A DNA stretch of 64,000 bases from contig CP051526.1 of NCBI GenBank assembly GCA_050916045.1, positions 1,120,001 to 1,184,000 on the forward strand. The letters run 5' to 3'. Origin of the DNA: Tepidisphaera sp. GTDB lineage: Bacteria; Planctomycetota; Phycisphaerae; Phycisphaerales; UBA1924. Shown here one piece after another: positions 51,313 to 62,999 of this stretch; the stretch's first letter is position 1; each line of letters begins with the position of its first letter. A program made the position numbers and the translations under genes. The notes below the pieces were generated by a model. The model saw nothing but the letters and a program-made list of their open reading frames with translations. It searched no databases and was not told the origin of the DNA.

Positions 51313-52385
51313 GCTTGGTCGCCCAACCCCTCGCCGCCGATCGTCACCGCCACAGCAGTTCCTCCGTAGGAATCCGGCGTGATCGGCGTCTTGAGCACGC
51401 GGATGCGGCGGCTTTCGGGGTCGATGCCCTTGGCGTGCATCATCTTCTTCAGGGTGCCGGGCAGGTTGAACTCGACATCCTCATCGACGACGTCCCACTG
51501 CTCAAGCGTCGCGCCGTGGCGGTTCACGAACGCTCGACAGATCGAAGCGACGAGGTCCTCGGGGGCGCTCGCGCCAGCGGTCAAAAGCACGGTCGGAGCC
51601 GCTCCGTCCTGACGCTTGCGAAGCGGGAGCGGCTCGGGCAATTCGCTCACGTCATCCACGAGGATCGCCGGCGTGCCGACGTTCTCCGAGATCTCCGTGA
51701 GGCGGACGGAGTTCGACGAGTTCTTACTGCCCACGACGATGACGAGGTCGCACTCGGGCGCGATGCGGCGGACGGCGTGCTGGCGGTTGGTGGTCGCGTA
51801 GCAGATGTCCTCGCTTGGCGGTGCTTTGAGGAGCGGAAACGCGGCTTTGAGAGCGTTGATGATGACTGCGGCGTCGTCGGTGCTCAACGTCGTTTGGGTC
51901 AGATAGACGAGCTTGGCCGGGTCGCGGATCAGAAGCTTGGGGATGTCATCGGGCGATTCGACGACCTGCGTCGCGTCGGGAGCTTCGCCGCTGGTGCCGA
52001 CGATCTCCTGGTGGTTGCGGTGGCCGACGAGGAGGATCTGGTAGCCTTGCCGGGCGTAGCGGACGGCTTCGGAGTGGACCTTGGTGACGAGGGGGCAGGT
52101 GGCGTCGATGGCGGTGAGGCTCCGCGAGCGGGCGTGCTCACGGACCTGGGGCGAGACGCCGTGGGCGCTGAAGACGACGATCTTGCCGTGGGGGACCTCG
52201 TCGAGGTCATCGACGAAGACGGCTCCGCGGCCGCGGAGGCGGGCGACGACGTGCTTGTTGTGGACGATCTCGTGGTAGACGTAGATCGGGCGTTCGTCGA
52301 TGATGTCGAGGACCTGGTCGACGACGTCGATGGCCATGCGCACGCCGGCACAGAACCCGCGCGGATTGGCCAGAATCAGTTTCAT
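51309..52385 (-). CDS. ispH: 4-hydroxy-3-methylbut-2-enyl diphosphate reductase
   Basis: PRGFCAGV, IVHN, SAHG, DATCPLV, TQTT, DICYATTNRQ, NSSN. Confidence 0.97.
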   Translation of the reverse strand: MKLILANPRGFCAGVRMAIDVVDQVLDIIDERPIYVYHEIVHNKHVVARLRGRGAVFVDDLDEVPHGKIVVFSAHGVSPQVREHARSRSLTAIDATCPLVTKVHSEAVRYARQGYQILLVGHRNHQEIVGTSGEAPDATQVVESPDDIPKLLIRDPAKLVYLTQTTLSTDDAAVIINALKAAFPLLKAPPSEDICYATTNRQHAVRRIAPECDLVIVVGSKNSSNSVRLTEISENVGTPAILVDDVSELPEPLPLRKRQDGAAPTVLLTAGASAPEDLVASICRAFVNRHGATLEQWDVVDEDVEFNLPGTLKKMMHAKGIDPESRRIRVLKTPITPDSYGGTAVAVTIGGEGLGDQA

Positions 52386-52514
52386 CGGGCGATTCTAGTG
52401 GGGCGGGATGGCGGGTGTTCGACGGGCCCACGCCGGGCCCGGCTGTCAGAACGGCAGGGTGGGCGGTCGCCGCAGCCGGGGATGCGGCTTTGGCGGGTTG
52501 CGGCGCGTTCCTGA

Positions 52515-54395
<1,881 letters not shown>

Positions 54396-54407
54396 GCCGA
54401 GGATCGA

Positions 54408-54707
54408 ATGGCGAAGCCCATCGAGGCCAACGAGATCGGCGGACCATCCAGATGGCCCTCACGCATCTGGGTAGCAGGACAAGAGTTCGAAGTTGAGTGG
54501 TTCTGGCATGAAGAGCAGGTTCGTGAAGGGTTTCGAGGATGGGCGGCCCGAACGCAGTGCAAGGGTCGCGAGCTTCGTGCCGGAGCTGAGAGTTGGTCGG
54601 AGACGTTGGCTCGTTTAGCGATGGATGTTCGGAACACGCTGGGAGTTTTGGATGACGAGTTCCGGGTCGAGCTTCCAATGAGCCTGACCCGGTTGCGTGA
54701 TCTGTAA
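54408..54707 (+). CDS. Small hypothetical protein, possibly HicB-like fold
   Basis: GAGGA RBS; lower GC; GWAART...AGAESWSETLARL pattern. Confidence 0.5.
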   Translation: MAKPIEANEIGGPSRWPSRIWVAGQEFEVEWFWHEEQVREGFRGWAARTQCKGRELRAGAESWSETLARLAMDVRNTLGVLDDEFRVELPMSLTRLRDL

Positions 54708-54718
54708 AGGAGATTGTC

Positions 54719-54964
54719 ATGGCGAAGGCAAAGGATCTTGGCGGGAAGAACGGGTTGCTTGGGGCGGGCGGCACGGGTGGCCTTGGTGGCAACCTGAGCG
54801 GGAACCTCACGGGCAAGCTCAACCTCAACACGGGGAACACCCCCGGCCTCGTCGGCGGCAAGGGCACCGGGCCGACGGGCGGACCTCACGCGATCAAGGC
54901 GCACGGGAACGTCAAGGGCGGCGGGGTGGACAAGTCGTCGGTGTCGCGCCGGCCGAAGGTGTGA
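54719..54964 (+). CDS. Small basic Gly-rich hypothetical protein
   Basis: Strong AAAGGAG RBS, host-like codons, 81 aa. Confidence 0.7.
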   Translation: MAKAKDLGGKNGLLGAGGTGGLGGNLSGNLTGKLNLNTGNTPGLVGGKGTGPTGGPHAIKAHGNVKGGGVDKSSVSRRPKV

Positions 54965-54968
54965 GTGG

Positions 54969-55000
54969 AAGAGACGAAGAGAACAAGAGACGCAGAGACG
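54969..55000 (+). repeat. Purine-rich octamer tandem repeat
   Basis: AAGAGACG AAGAGAAC AAGAGACG CAGAGACG. Confidence 0.8.
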
Positions 55001-55024
55001 GAGTGAAAGAGCAAAGCGCTGTGC

Positions 55025-55744
55025 ATGGAACAACTGCTCGCCATCTACGAGAAGGTCAAGGACCTGCCGGGGTTCCTGGAGGGATTTGTCCAGGACCACG
55101 GGCTTTGGGTCTACGCGCTGCTGTTTGCGATTATCTTCGCCGAGACGGGGCTTGTGATCATGCCGTTCCTGCCGGGGGACAGCCTGCTGTTCACTGTGGG
55201 GGCGTTGGCGGCGCCGGGGGAGAGTCGCGGGCCGATTCTGAATGTTTGGTGGTCGCTGGGGCTGCTGACGTTCGCGGCGATCCTCGGGGATGCGGTGAAC
55301 TACCACATCGGCAAGTGGATCGGGCCCCGGGTCTTCAAGAGCGAGCCGGGGCAAGGCTCGTCGCGGCTGGAGCGGATGCTCAACCGGCGGCACTTGCAGA
55401 AGGCGCACGACTTCTTCGAGAAGTATGGCGGCAAAGCGGTGATCCTCGGGCGGTTCGTCCCCATCGTGCGGACGTTTGTGCCGTTCGTGGCGGGTGCGGG
55501 GGCGATGACGTACCCGAAGTTCGTGCTGTACAACATCGTCGGGGCGTTCATCTGGGTGTGGGTCTGCGTCGGGGCGGGGTGGTTCTTCGGGAACATCCCG
55601 TGGGTGCGGCGGAACTTCGAGGCGGTCGTGATCGGCATCATCGTCGTGAGCGTGCTCCCCGTGGTCGTCGAGGTCTGGCTGGAGCGTCGTCGCTCCAAGC
55701 TCGCTGCGTCCGCGGTCGCGGTCACGACGGAGGACAAGCCCTGA
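55025..55744 (+). CDS. dedA: DedA family membrane protein
   Basis: FAETGL..PFLPGDSLLF, GDAVNY, GRFVPIVRTF. Confidence 0.93.
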   Translation: MEQLLAIYEKVKDLPGFLEGFVQDHGLWVYALLFAIIFAETGLVIMPFLPGDSLLFTVGALAAPGESRGPILNVWWSLGLLTFAAILGDAVNYHIGKWIGPRVFKSEPGQGSSRLERMLNRRHLQKAHDFFEKYGGKAVILGRFVPIVRTFVPFVAGAGAMTYPKFVLYNIVGAFIWVWVCVGAGWFFGNIPWVRRNFEAVVIGIIVVSVLPVVVEVWLERRRSKLAASAVAVTTEDKP

Positions 55745-56217
55745 TGGCCAAGCACCAGGATAACTGCGAGATCTGCAAGCGGATCGGCGAAGCCCGCGAG
55801 GGACGCCACGCCGGCCTGATCGCCGAACTCGACACCGGATACGCGGTGCTCGGGGATTCGCAGTTCTTCCGCGGGTACTCGGTGCTTCTCTGCAAGACGC
55901 CCGCGACGGAGCTTTTCGAGCTCCCCCGCGAGACGCGGGCCCGGTATCTCGAAGAGGTGTCGCAGCTTGCCGAAGCGGTGGCGAAAGCGACCGGCTGCCA
56001 CAAGATCAACTACGAGTGCCTGGGCAACCAGGTGCACCACCTGCATTTCCACGTCTTCCCGCGCCGCGAGACCGATCCTCAGCCGCTCATGCCGGTCTGG
56101 GGGCAGATGCCCGCGGGGAGCGACGCCGAGAAGTACAAGTTTGAACCGTCGCGCGACGGCGCGATGAAGGAATCGATCGCGAAGGAACTGAGGAACATCC
56201 GGGCTTCGTCGCGTTGA
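55744..56217 (+). CDS. HIT family protein
   Basis: CEIC, INYECLGNQVHHLHFHVFPR; TGATG overlap with dedA. Confidence 0.9.
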   Translation: MAKHQDNCEICKRIGEAREGRHAGLIAELDTGYAVLGDSQFFRGYSVLLCKTPATELFELPRETRARYLEEVSQLAEAVAKATGCHKINYECLGNQVHHLHFHVFPRRETDPQPLMPVWGQMPAGSDAEKYKFEPSRDGAMKESIAKELRNIRASSR

Positions 56218-56286
56218 CGAACCCGCCGAGAGTCATGCCGATTTGGAACCGATCCCTCGCAGCGAGGGGCTTTTGAAGGAGTGACC

Positions 56287-56577
56287 ATGTCTGTGAAGCC
56301 GCTTGAAGACCGTGTGCTGGTGAAGCCGACCGAAGCCGAGAGCAAGACCTCCAGCGGCTTGTACCTGCCCGAATCCTCGAAGGAGAAGCCGGTCCGCGGC
56401 GAGGTCGTCGCCATCGGGCCGGGCAAGCGCCTCGAGAACGGCAAACGCGCCGAGATGAACGTCCGCAAGGGCGACACCGTCGTCTACGGCAAGTACTCGG
56501 GCACGGAAGTCGAGATCAAGGGCGTGAAGCACCTCATCCTCCGCGAGAGCGAGCTGCTCGGCGTCATCGAGGGCTAA
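56287..56577 (+). CDS. groS: Co-chaperonin GroES
   Basis: KPLEDRVLV, GEVVAIGPG, KYSGTEV; AAGGAG RBS. Confidence 0.98.
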   Translation: MSVKPLEDRVLVKPTEAESKTSSGLYLPESSKEKPVRGEVVAIGPGKRLENGKRAEMNVRKGDTVVYGKYSGTEVEIKGVKHLILRESELLGVIEG

Positions 56578-56622
56578 GAGGCACGGGCGTTCGGGCAAGT
56601 TCGGATTTTACAGCGCCTTCCA

Positions 56623-56651
56623 CCAGTGCCAAGCGCCTGGTGCCAAGTGCC
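56623..56651 (+). repeat. Heptamer array (AGTGCC core) upstream of groEL copy 2
   Basis: CCAGTGCCAAGCGCCTGGTGCCAAGTGCC next to the RBS. Confidence 0.8.
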
Positions 56652-56665
56652 TAAGGAGTTTGAAA

Positions 56666-58291
56666 ATGGCTAACAAGCAACTGATGTTCAAAGACTCGGC
56701 CCTGGCCGAGATGAAGAAGGGTGTCGATGCGCTCGCCACCGCGGTCAAGTGCACGATGGGCCCGGCTGGGCGTCACGTCGTGATCGAGAAGTCCTACGGC
56801 GGCCCCGCCATCACCAAGGACGGCGTCTCGGTGTCGAAGGAGGTCTCCCTCCCCGATCCGTTCCAGGCGATGGGCGCGAAGATGGTCAACGAGGTCGCCA
56901 AGAAGACCGCGGACATCGCCGGCGACGGCACGACCGCCGCGACCGTGCTCGCTCAGGCGATCTTCTCCGAGGGCATCCGCCACGTGACGGTGGGAGCCAA
57001 CCCCGTGCTCCTCCAGCGCGGCATCACCGCCGCCGCGATCGCCGCGGGCGCCGCCATCGACCAGATGGCCACCAAGTGCAAGGGCAAGGACGACTACGCC
57101 AAGATCGCGACCGTCTCCGCCAACCACGACGCTTCCATCGGCAACCTCATCGCCGAAGCGATCGCCAAGGTCGGCCCCGATGGCGTCTGCGAGATCGAGG
57201 ACGGCAAGACCGCCGAGACGACGCTCGATTACGTCGAGGGCATGCAGTTCGACAAGGGCTACCTCTCGCCCTACTTCATGACCGATCCCAAGACCGCCGA
57301 GTGCGTGCTTGAGGACGCTTACATCCTCCTTTACGAGAAGAAGATCAGCAACCTTGTCGACCTTCTCCCGATGCTGAACAAGATCGCGGTCGCGAGCAAG
57401 CCGATCCTGCTCGTCGCCGAAGATGTCGAGAACGAAGCCCTCGCGACGCTCGTGGTCAACCGCCTCCGCGGCACGCTCCGCATCTGCGCGGTGAAAGCCC
57501 CCGGCTTCGGCGACCGCCGCAAAGCCATGATGGCCGACATCGCCACCCTCACGGGCGGTACGTTCTTCGCCGAGGACCTCGGCCGAAGCCTTGACTCGAT
57601 CGAGCTCTCAGAGCTCGGCCGCGCCAAGAAGATCGTCATCACCAAGGACGACACCACCATCATCGAAGGCGCCGGCAAGAAAGCCGACATCCAGACCCGC
57701 GCGGGCCAGATCAAAGCCCAGCACGACAAGAGCACCAGCGACTACGACCGCGAGAAGCTCATGGAGCGCCTCGCCAAGCTCACCTCCGGCGTGGCGATGA
57801 TCCACGTCGGCGGCGAGACCGAGATGGTCCAGAAAGCCCGCAAGGACATGGTCGACGACGCTCTCCACGCGACCCGCGCGGCAGCGAAGGAAGGCTACGT
57901 CCCCGGCGGCGGCGTCGCTCTGCTCCGCACGCAGGACGCGATCATGACCGCGAGCAAGAAAGCCAAGACCGACGATGAGAAGACCGGGTTCCAGATCGTC
58001 GCCAAGGCCGTCGAAGCCTGCGCGTACACGATCGCGGAGAACGCCGGGTACGACGGCGACGTCGTGGTCGAGAAGGTCAAGGAAGGCGGCAAGGGCGGCA
58101 CGTCCTACGGCTTCAACGCCGCGACCGGCGAGTACACCGACCTGGTGAAAGCCGGCATCATCGACCCGGCGCTGGTCGCGAAGACCGCCCTGACGAATGC
58201 GGCGTCCGTCGCGGGCCTGATGCTCACGACCGACGTGCTGATCACCGACCTCAAGGATGACACCGACGCGGCCGACGGCGCGACGGTTTGA
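56666..58291 (+). CDS. groL: Chaperonin GroEL (copy 2, acidic tail, no GGM)
   Basis: TMGPAGR, GDGTTAAT, GMQFDKGYLS, PGGG; AAGGAG RBS. Confidence 0.97.
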   Translation: MANKQLMFKDSALAEMKKGVDALATAVKCTMGPAGRHVVIEKSYGGPAITKDGVSVSKEVSLPDPFQAMGAKMVNEVAKKTADIAGDGTTAATVLAQAIFSEGIRHVTVGANPVLLQRGITAAAIAAGAAIDQMATKCKGKDDYAKIATVSANHDASIGNLIAEAIAKVGPDGVCEIEDGKTAETTLDYVEGMQFDKGYLSPYFMTDPKTAECVLEDAYILLYEKKISNLVDLLPMLNKIAVASKPILLVAEDVENEALATLVVNRLRGTLRICAVKAPGFGDRRKAMMADIATLTGGTFFAEDLGRSLDSIELSELGRAKKIVITKDDTTIIEGAGKKADIQTRAGQIKAQHDKSTSDYDREKLMERLAKLTSGVAMIHVGGETEMVQKARKDMVDDALHATRAAAKEGYVPGGGVALLRTQDAIMTASKKAKTDDEKTGFQIVAKAVEACAYTIAENAGYDGDVVVEKVKEGGKGGTSYGFNAATGEYTDLVKAGIIDPALVAKTALTNAASVAGLMLTTDVLITDLKDDTDAADGATV

Positions 58292-58298
58292 TGAGGAA

Positions 58299-58340
58299 GG
58301 CACTGGCACTGGGCACTGGCACTTGGCACTTGGCACCAGG
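58299..58340 (+). repeat. Hexa/heptamer array (GGCACT core) downstream of groEL copy 2
   Basis: GGCACTGGCACTGGGCACTGGCACTTGGCACTTGGCACCAGG; reverse complement of the upstream array. Confidence 0.85.
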
Positions 58341-58366
58341 GTCCAGAGTCTGAAGAACTGAATGCC

Positions 58367-58400
58367 AAGGTCCGCGTTCGAGAGGACGCGGACCTTCTTT
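58367..58400 (+). terminator. Terminator-like hairpin after groEL copy 2
   Basis: AAGGTCCGCGTTC-GAGA-GGACGCGGACCTT, then CTTT. Confidence 0.75.
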
Positions 58401-58432
58401 CCGGACAAGCACCAAGGGGCCATCGCAACGAG

Positions 58433-58915
58433 ATGCCGACGATTGAAGTGGTCCAAGGCGATTTGCTGGCGCAGCCCGTAGAGGCGATCGTGAACCCGTG
58501 GAATCGGAACTTCATCCCCTGGTGGCTCTTGCTTCCGCAGGGGGTTTCCGGAGCGATCAAGAAGCGGGGGGGCCTTCAGCCCTTTCGCGAGGTCGCCAAA
58601 GCCGGAGTCTTGAGCTTGGGCCAAGCGGTGGTTACAAGTGCCGGACGCCTGCCATTCAAAGCGATCATCCACGTCGCCGGCATCAACATGCTCTGGCGAG
58701 CCAGTGAGCGATCCATCTGTGACTCTGTGCGGAACGCGATCGACGCGGCCACTGGACGCGGGCTGGCTTCGCTCGCGACCCCTCTGATCGGATCGGGTTC
58801 CGGCGGCTTCTCTGCAAGCCGCGCGAAAGACCTGATCATCGAAGAAGCTCGGAAATCATCCCACAACCTCAAGGTGGTCGTCGTTGAGTACGCGCCCACA
58901 GCCAAGACGCGGTGA
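58433..58915 (+). CDS. Macro domain protein
   Basis: [41 protein letters not shown]. Confidence 0.88.
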   Translation: MPTIEVVQGDLLAQPVEAIVNPWNRNFIPWWLLLPQGVSGAIKKRGGLQPFREVAKAGVLSLGQAVVTSAGRLPFKAIIHVAGINMLWRASERSICDSVRNAIDAATGRGLASLATPLIGSGSGGFSASRAKDLIIEEARKSSHNLKVVVVEYAPTAKTR

Positions 58916-58923
58916 ATCAAACC

Positions 58924-60078
58924 ATGCCAGTCCAACGCGACTTCTACGAAATCCTCGGTCTCGACAAGTCCGCCGACGCGGAAGAGATCAAGCGCGCGTA
59001 CCGCCGTCTCGCGATGAAGTACCACCCGGACCGCAATCCGGGCGATGCGGAAGCCGAGAAGAACTTCAAGGAAGCCGCCGCTGCGTACGAGGTCCTGGCG
59101 GACGAGCAGAAGCGCAAGATCTACGACCAGTACGGCCACGATGGCTTGCGCGGAGCGGGGAACGCCGGACACGATTTCAACCGCATGAACGTCGAGGACA
59201 TCTTCTCGATGTTCGGCGACCTCTTCGGCGGCATGGGCGGCATGGGTGGGGGGGGCGGCCGCGGACGCGGCGGTCCCGCTCGCGGCTACGACCTCGAATA
59301 CGAGGTCGAGGTCACGCTTGAGGATGTGCTCAAGGGCTGCGAACGCGATGTCGAGTTCCAGCGTGCCGACGTGTGCGAGCCCTGCCGCGGTTCGGGCGCC
59401 AAACCCGGCTCCAAGCCCGCCAAGTGCCCGACCTGCGGCGGTCAGGGCAAGGTCCAGCAGACCGGCATGGGCGGCATGTTCCGCATGGTGACCAACTGTC
59501 CCGCGTGCCAGGGCCGCGGCAGCGTCGTCAAAGACAAGTGCGAGACGTGTCGCGGCAAGGGGCGCGTCCCGAAGAACCGCAAGCTCTCGATGAAGATTCC
59601 CGCCGGCATCTCCGACGGCCAGGCTGTCCGCGTGCAGGGCGAGGGTGAGCCGCCGCCCCAGGAGGTCTCACCCGGCGGCGAGGGCCAGCGCGGCGATCTT
59701 CACGTCGTCGTCCGCGTCGCGGAGCACGAGCTCTACCAGCGCGAGGGCGACCACCTCGTCATGAAGATGCCCATCAGCTTCACCCAGGTTTCACTCGGCG
59801 CCGAGGTCGAGGTGCCGACAATCGACGGGAAAGCGATGCTCACGATTCCGCGCGGCACGCCGCACGGAACCCTGCTCAAACTCGCGGGCAAGGGCCTTCC
59901 GAACCTTCGGTCCCAGCGCCGCGGCGACATGGGCGTGGTCGTCCTCATCGAGGTGCCCAAGAAGCTCACCGCCCGGCAGGAAGAGCTCCTCCGCGAGTTC
60001 GCCAAGACCGAGGAGAAGAGCGTCATGCCCGAGCGCGACGGCTTTTGGAAGAAGGTCAAGGAAGCCTTCAGCGGGTGA
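58924..60078 (+). CDS. dnaJ: Chaperone DnaJ
   Basis: J domain with HPD, G/F region, four CxxCxGxG motifs. Confidence 0.98.
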   Translation: MPVQRDFYEILGLDKSADAEEIKRAYRRLAMKYHPDRNPGDAEAEKNFKEAAAAYEVLADEQKRKIYDQYGHDGLRGAGNAGHDFNRMNVEDIFSMFGDLFGGMGGMGGGGGRGRGGPARGYDLEYEVEVTLEDVLKGCERDVEFQRADVCEPCRGSGAKPGSKPAKCPTCGGQGKVQQTGMGGMFRMVTNCPACQGRGSVVKDKCETCRGKGRVPKNRKLSMKIPAGISDGQAVRVQGEGEPPPQEVSPGGEGQRGDLHVVVRVAEHELYQREGDHLVMKMPISFTQVSLGAEVEVPTIDGKAMLTIPRGTPHGTLLKLAGKGLPNLRSQRRGDMGVVVLIEVPKKLTARQEELLREFAKTEEKSVMPERDGFWKKVKEAFSG

Positions 60079-60127
60079 TAGAGTTGGGGTGGTCCGGTGT
60101 GTACGCGGTTGAAAGGTCGGAAAAGCC

Positions 60128-60661
60128 ATGGCAGATGACAAGAACGATTCCGGGATGGACATGAGCGACGAGGTCGAGTCCGCAGCTCAGCTCGGCGAAC
60201 GCGTCGAGAAGCTCGAAGCCGAGCTCGCCGAAGCCAATAGCAAGTACCTCCGCCTCGCGGCCGACTTTCAGAACAGCCAGCGCAGGGCTATCCAGAGCGA
60301 GCAGCAAGCCAAGCTCCAGGGCATGACCTCCGTCACCGCAAGCGTGCTCACCGTGCTCGACCACTTCGACCTCGCCCTCACCGTCGATCCCTCCAAAGCC
60401 TCCGTCACGCAGGTCATCGACGGCGTCAAGGTCATCCGCGATGAACTCATGAAGACCCTCGTCAACCACGGCGTCGGCGTCATCACGCCCCAGCCCGGCG
60501 ACACGTTCGAGCCCGGCCGCCACGAAGCCGTCATCCAGCAGGCCGCCGAAGGCGTGGGTCCCGGCCTCATCGCGTCGTGCTTCCAGTCCGGATACACCAT
60601 CACCGCCGGCGGCACCGAACGCGTCGTCCGACCCGCGAAGGTCGCGGTCACCCCCGCGTGA
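60128..60661 (+). CDS. grpE: Nucleotide exchange factor GrpE
   Basis: YLRLAADFQN, FEPGRHEAV, GY...RVVRPAKVAV. Confidence 0.95.
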   Translation: MADDKNDSGMDMSDEVESAAQLGERVEKLEAELAEANSKYLRLAADFQNSQRRAIQSEQQAKLQGMTSVTASVLTVLDHFDLALTVDPSKASVTQVIDGVKVIRDELMKTLVNHGVGVITPQPGDTFEPGRHEAVIQQAAEGVGPGLIASCFQSGYTITAGGTERVVRPAKVAVTPA

Positions 60662-60670
60662 GGATCCACG

Positions 60671-61021
60671 ATGCCTACCTACGAGTACCGCTGCAAAGCC
60701 TGCAAGCACGAGTTCGAAGAGTTCCAGTCGATGACCGCCAAGGTCCTCAAGAAATGCCCCGAGTGCGGCAAGCCCGCGCTCGAACGACTGATCGGCACCG
60801 GCGCCGCTCTCGTCTTCAAGGGCTCCGGCTTCTACCAGACCGACTACCGCTCCGAGGGATACAAGAAAGCCGCCGCATCCGACAAACCGGCCGAATCCGC
60901 CAAGCCTGCGGAATCCAAAGCGGAATCCAAAGCCGAGTCCAAGCCGGAACCCAAAGCCGAAAAGCAAGTCGAAGCCAAACCCGACAAGAAAGCCAAACCC
61001 AAGAAGGAAGCAAAGCCCTGA
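60671..61021 (+). CDS. FmdB-family zinc-ribbon protein
   Basis: MPTYEYRCKAC...CPECG...FKGSGFYQTDY. Confidence 0.92.
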   Translation: MPTYEYRCKACKHEFEEFQSMTAKVLKKCPECGKPALERLIGTGAALVFKGSGFYQTDYRSEGYKKAAASDKPAESAKPAESKAESKAESKPEPKAEKQVEAKPDKKAKPKKEAKP

Positions 61022-61088
61022 GCTTCGCCCCTCGTGAGCGATCCGCGTCCACGCCGGTTGCGCTCACGCCCTCGTCGAGTTCCCACCC

Positions 61089-61463
61089 ATGATCGCCAAC
61101 GGCATCGACATCGTGCAGGTCGCTCGCATCGCCGAGATGATCCGCGATCACGGCGATGCGTTCTGGGCTCGCGTCTTCACCGCCGGCGAACGGTCTTACT
61201 GCGAATCAAGCCCGAAACGGTGCGCCGAGCACGCCGCCGCCCGGTTTGCGGCCAAGGAAGCCGCGATGAAGTGCCTCGGCACCGGCTGGCGCGACGGCAT
61301 CGCATGGACCGACTTCGAGGTCGTCCGCGATCCCGCCGGTCGCCCTTCTCTCGTCGTTTCCGGCGAAGCGGCCCGCGTCGCGGCTCAACTTGGCGTCTCG
61401 CGCTGGCATGTTTCGCTCAGCCACACCAGCGAGAACGCCGTCGCCAGCGTCATCGCGGACTAG
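61089..61463 (+). CDS. acpS: Holo-ACP synthase
   Basis: GIDIV, AARFAAKEA, GTG, VSLSH. Confidence 0.95.
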   Translation: MIANGIDIVQVARIAEMIRDHGDAFWARVFTAGERSYCESSPKRCAEHAAARFAAKEAAMKCLGTGWRDGIAWTDFEVVRDPAGRPSLVVSGEAARVAAQLGVSRWHVSLSHTSENAVASVIAD

Positions 61464-61474
61464 GATGCTCCCTG

Positions 61475-62272
61475 ATGTTCGAACGCATCCGAGCCCGAAG
61501 CCTCAAGTCGAGTGTGACCCAGACGGTCATTTACTCGACCTGCCGGTTCATCGCTCGAGTGGTGCTCAAGACCTTCTTTGGCGCGAAGGTCGTCGGGGTC
61601 GAGAACGTTCCCGCCGACGGCCCGCTCCTCATCGTGTCCAATCACCAGTCGTACCTCGACCCGCCCATCATCGGTGCTTTCATCGGACAGCGGCAGGTCG
61701 CTTTCGTCGCCCGGCAGGGTCTCTTTAAGTCCAAGCTCTTTGCCTGGCTGATTTCCGCCCTCAACGCGATCCCCATCCGCGAGGACGGCCAAAGCGACAC
61801 GACCGCGATCAAGACATCGCTCTCGATCCTCGCCCGCGGCCACGCGCTCGTCATCTTCCCCGAGGGGCAGCGCACGAACGACGGCGCCCTCCGCCCGTTC
61901 AAGCGCGGCACGGCTCTGCTTCTCAAGCGGGCCAAGTGCGATGTCCTCCCCGTCGCCGTCGAGGGAATCTTCGACGCGTGGAAGCCCGGCGCCAAGCCAA
62001 GCCCCTTCAGTTGCCCGATCATGGCCAAATACGGTCGGCCCATCCCCTACGACGAGTTGGTCAAGGACGGTGCCGAGGCCGGGATGATCCGCCTCGCCCG
62101 CGAGATCGACACCATGCGCCGCGAACTCCGGGCCGCCATCCGAGAACGCACCAACGGCCGGTACCCCGCCAGCGGCCCCGGCGACAACGCCCTGGACCTG
62201 CCGGACTCCCCGAAGGACGCTTTGCCCATCGCCCGACCCGCGCCGGCCGCGTCCGATACGCTCACGGCATGA
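61475..62272 (+). CDS. plsC: 1-acyl-sn-glycerol-3-phosphate acyltransferase family
   Basis: NHQSYLD and IFPEGQR motifs. Confidence 0.9.
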   Translation: MFERIRARSLKSSVTQTVIYSTCRFIARVVLKTFFGAKVVGVENVPADGPLLIVSNHQSYLDPPIIGAFIGQRQVAFVARQGLFKSKLFAWLISALNAIPIREDGQSDTTAIKTSLSILARGHALVIFPEGQRTNDGALRPFKRGTALLLKRAKCDVLPVAVEGIFDAWKPGAKPSPFSCPIMAKYGRPIPYDELVKDGAEAGMIRLAREIDTMRRELRAAIRERTNGRYPASGPGDNALDLPDSPKDALPIARPAPAASDTLTA

Positions 62273-62829
62273 GCAACGGCCAGCTTCGGACGATGACCGA
62301 GATCGCGCGCACGACCCTGCACAAGGGCAAGAAGTACGACTTTGAGCGCATCACCCTCCGCACCGCCAGGGGGACCGAAATCCACCGCGAGTGCGTTCGC
62401 CACCCCGGTGCGGTCGTGATTCTGCCCATTCTGGTGAAATTAGACGGCACGCGGAGCGTTGTCTTCGTGCGCAACGAGCGGTTCTCGATCGGCCGGGACC
62501 TGCTCGAACTCCCCGCCGGGACGCGCGAGCCGGGCGAGGATCCCGCCCTCACCGCCGGCCGGGAACTGATCGAGGAGACCGGGTACCAAGCCGCAACCCT
62601 GACGCCCCTGACGCGGTTTTATACGACGCCGGGCATGACCGATGAACTCATGTGGGCGTACGTCGCTTCCGGCCTCAGCTTTGTCGGGCAGGCGCTCGAG
62701 GAGGATGAGGTTTTGGTCGCGGAAGAGCTCCCCGTCGAAGAAGCGGTCCGACGGGCCCATGCCGGCGGGTTCGAGGACGGAAAGACGATCCTCACGCTCC
62801 TCCTGGCGAGGGCCCGTGGGCTGATCTGA
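62269..62829 (+). CDS. NUDIX hydrolase (ADP-ribose pyrophosphatase-like)
   Basis: HPGAV, ELPAG...AGRELIEETG Nudix box, DGKT. Confidence 0.92.
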   Translation: MSNGQLRTMTEIARTTLHKGKKYDFERITLRTARGTEIHRECVRHPGAVVILPILVKLDGTRSVVFVRNERFSIGRDLLELPAGTREPGEDPALTAGRELIEETGYQAATLTPLTRFYTTPGMTDELMWAYVASGLSFVGQALEEDEVLVAEELPVEEAVRRAHAGGFEDGKTILTLLLARARGLI

Positions 62830-62999
62830 GCACCGTGGGGTGCGGGCGTGGAATCGGACGGGGGGGCAGGGGCGAATTGCTCTTGTGTTGAGGTCCGGGT
62901 TGTGGGAAACTCTGGACAGTCGGAGCCGAACGAGTGCCGAGCGAGCGAAGCGGAAAGTCAGGAGTCGGGCACGGCCCCGAGCGCGGGCCCGGGCGTGAT

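Noticed and set aside
54697..56217. 506-aa ORF spanning several genes
   Set aside because: Only the part from ATG 55744 is a HIT protein; the upstream part overlaps dedA and the Gly-rich gene in other frames.
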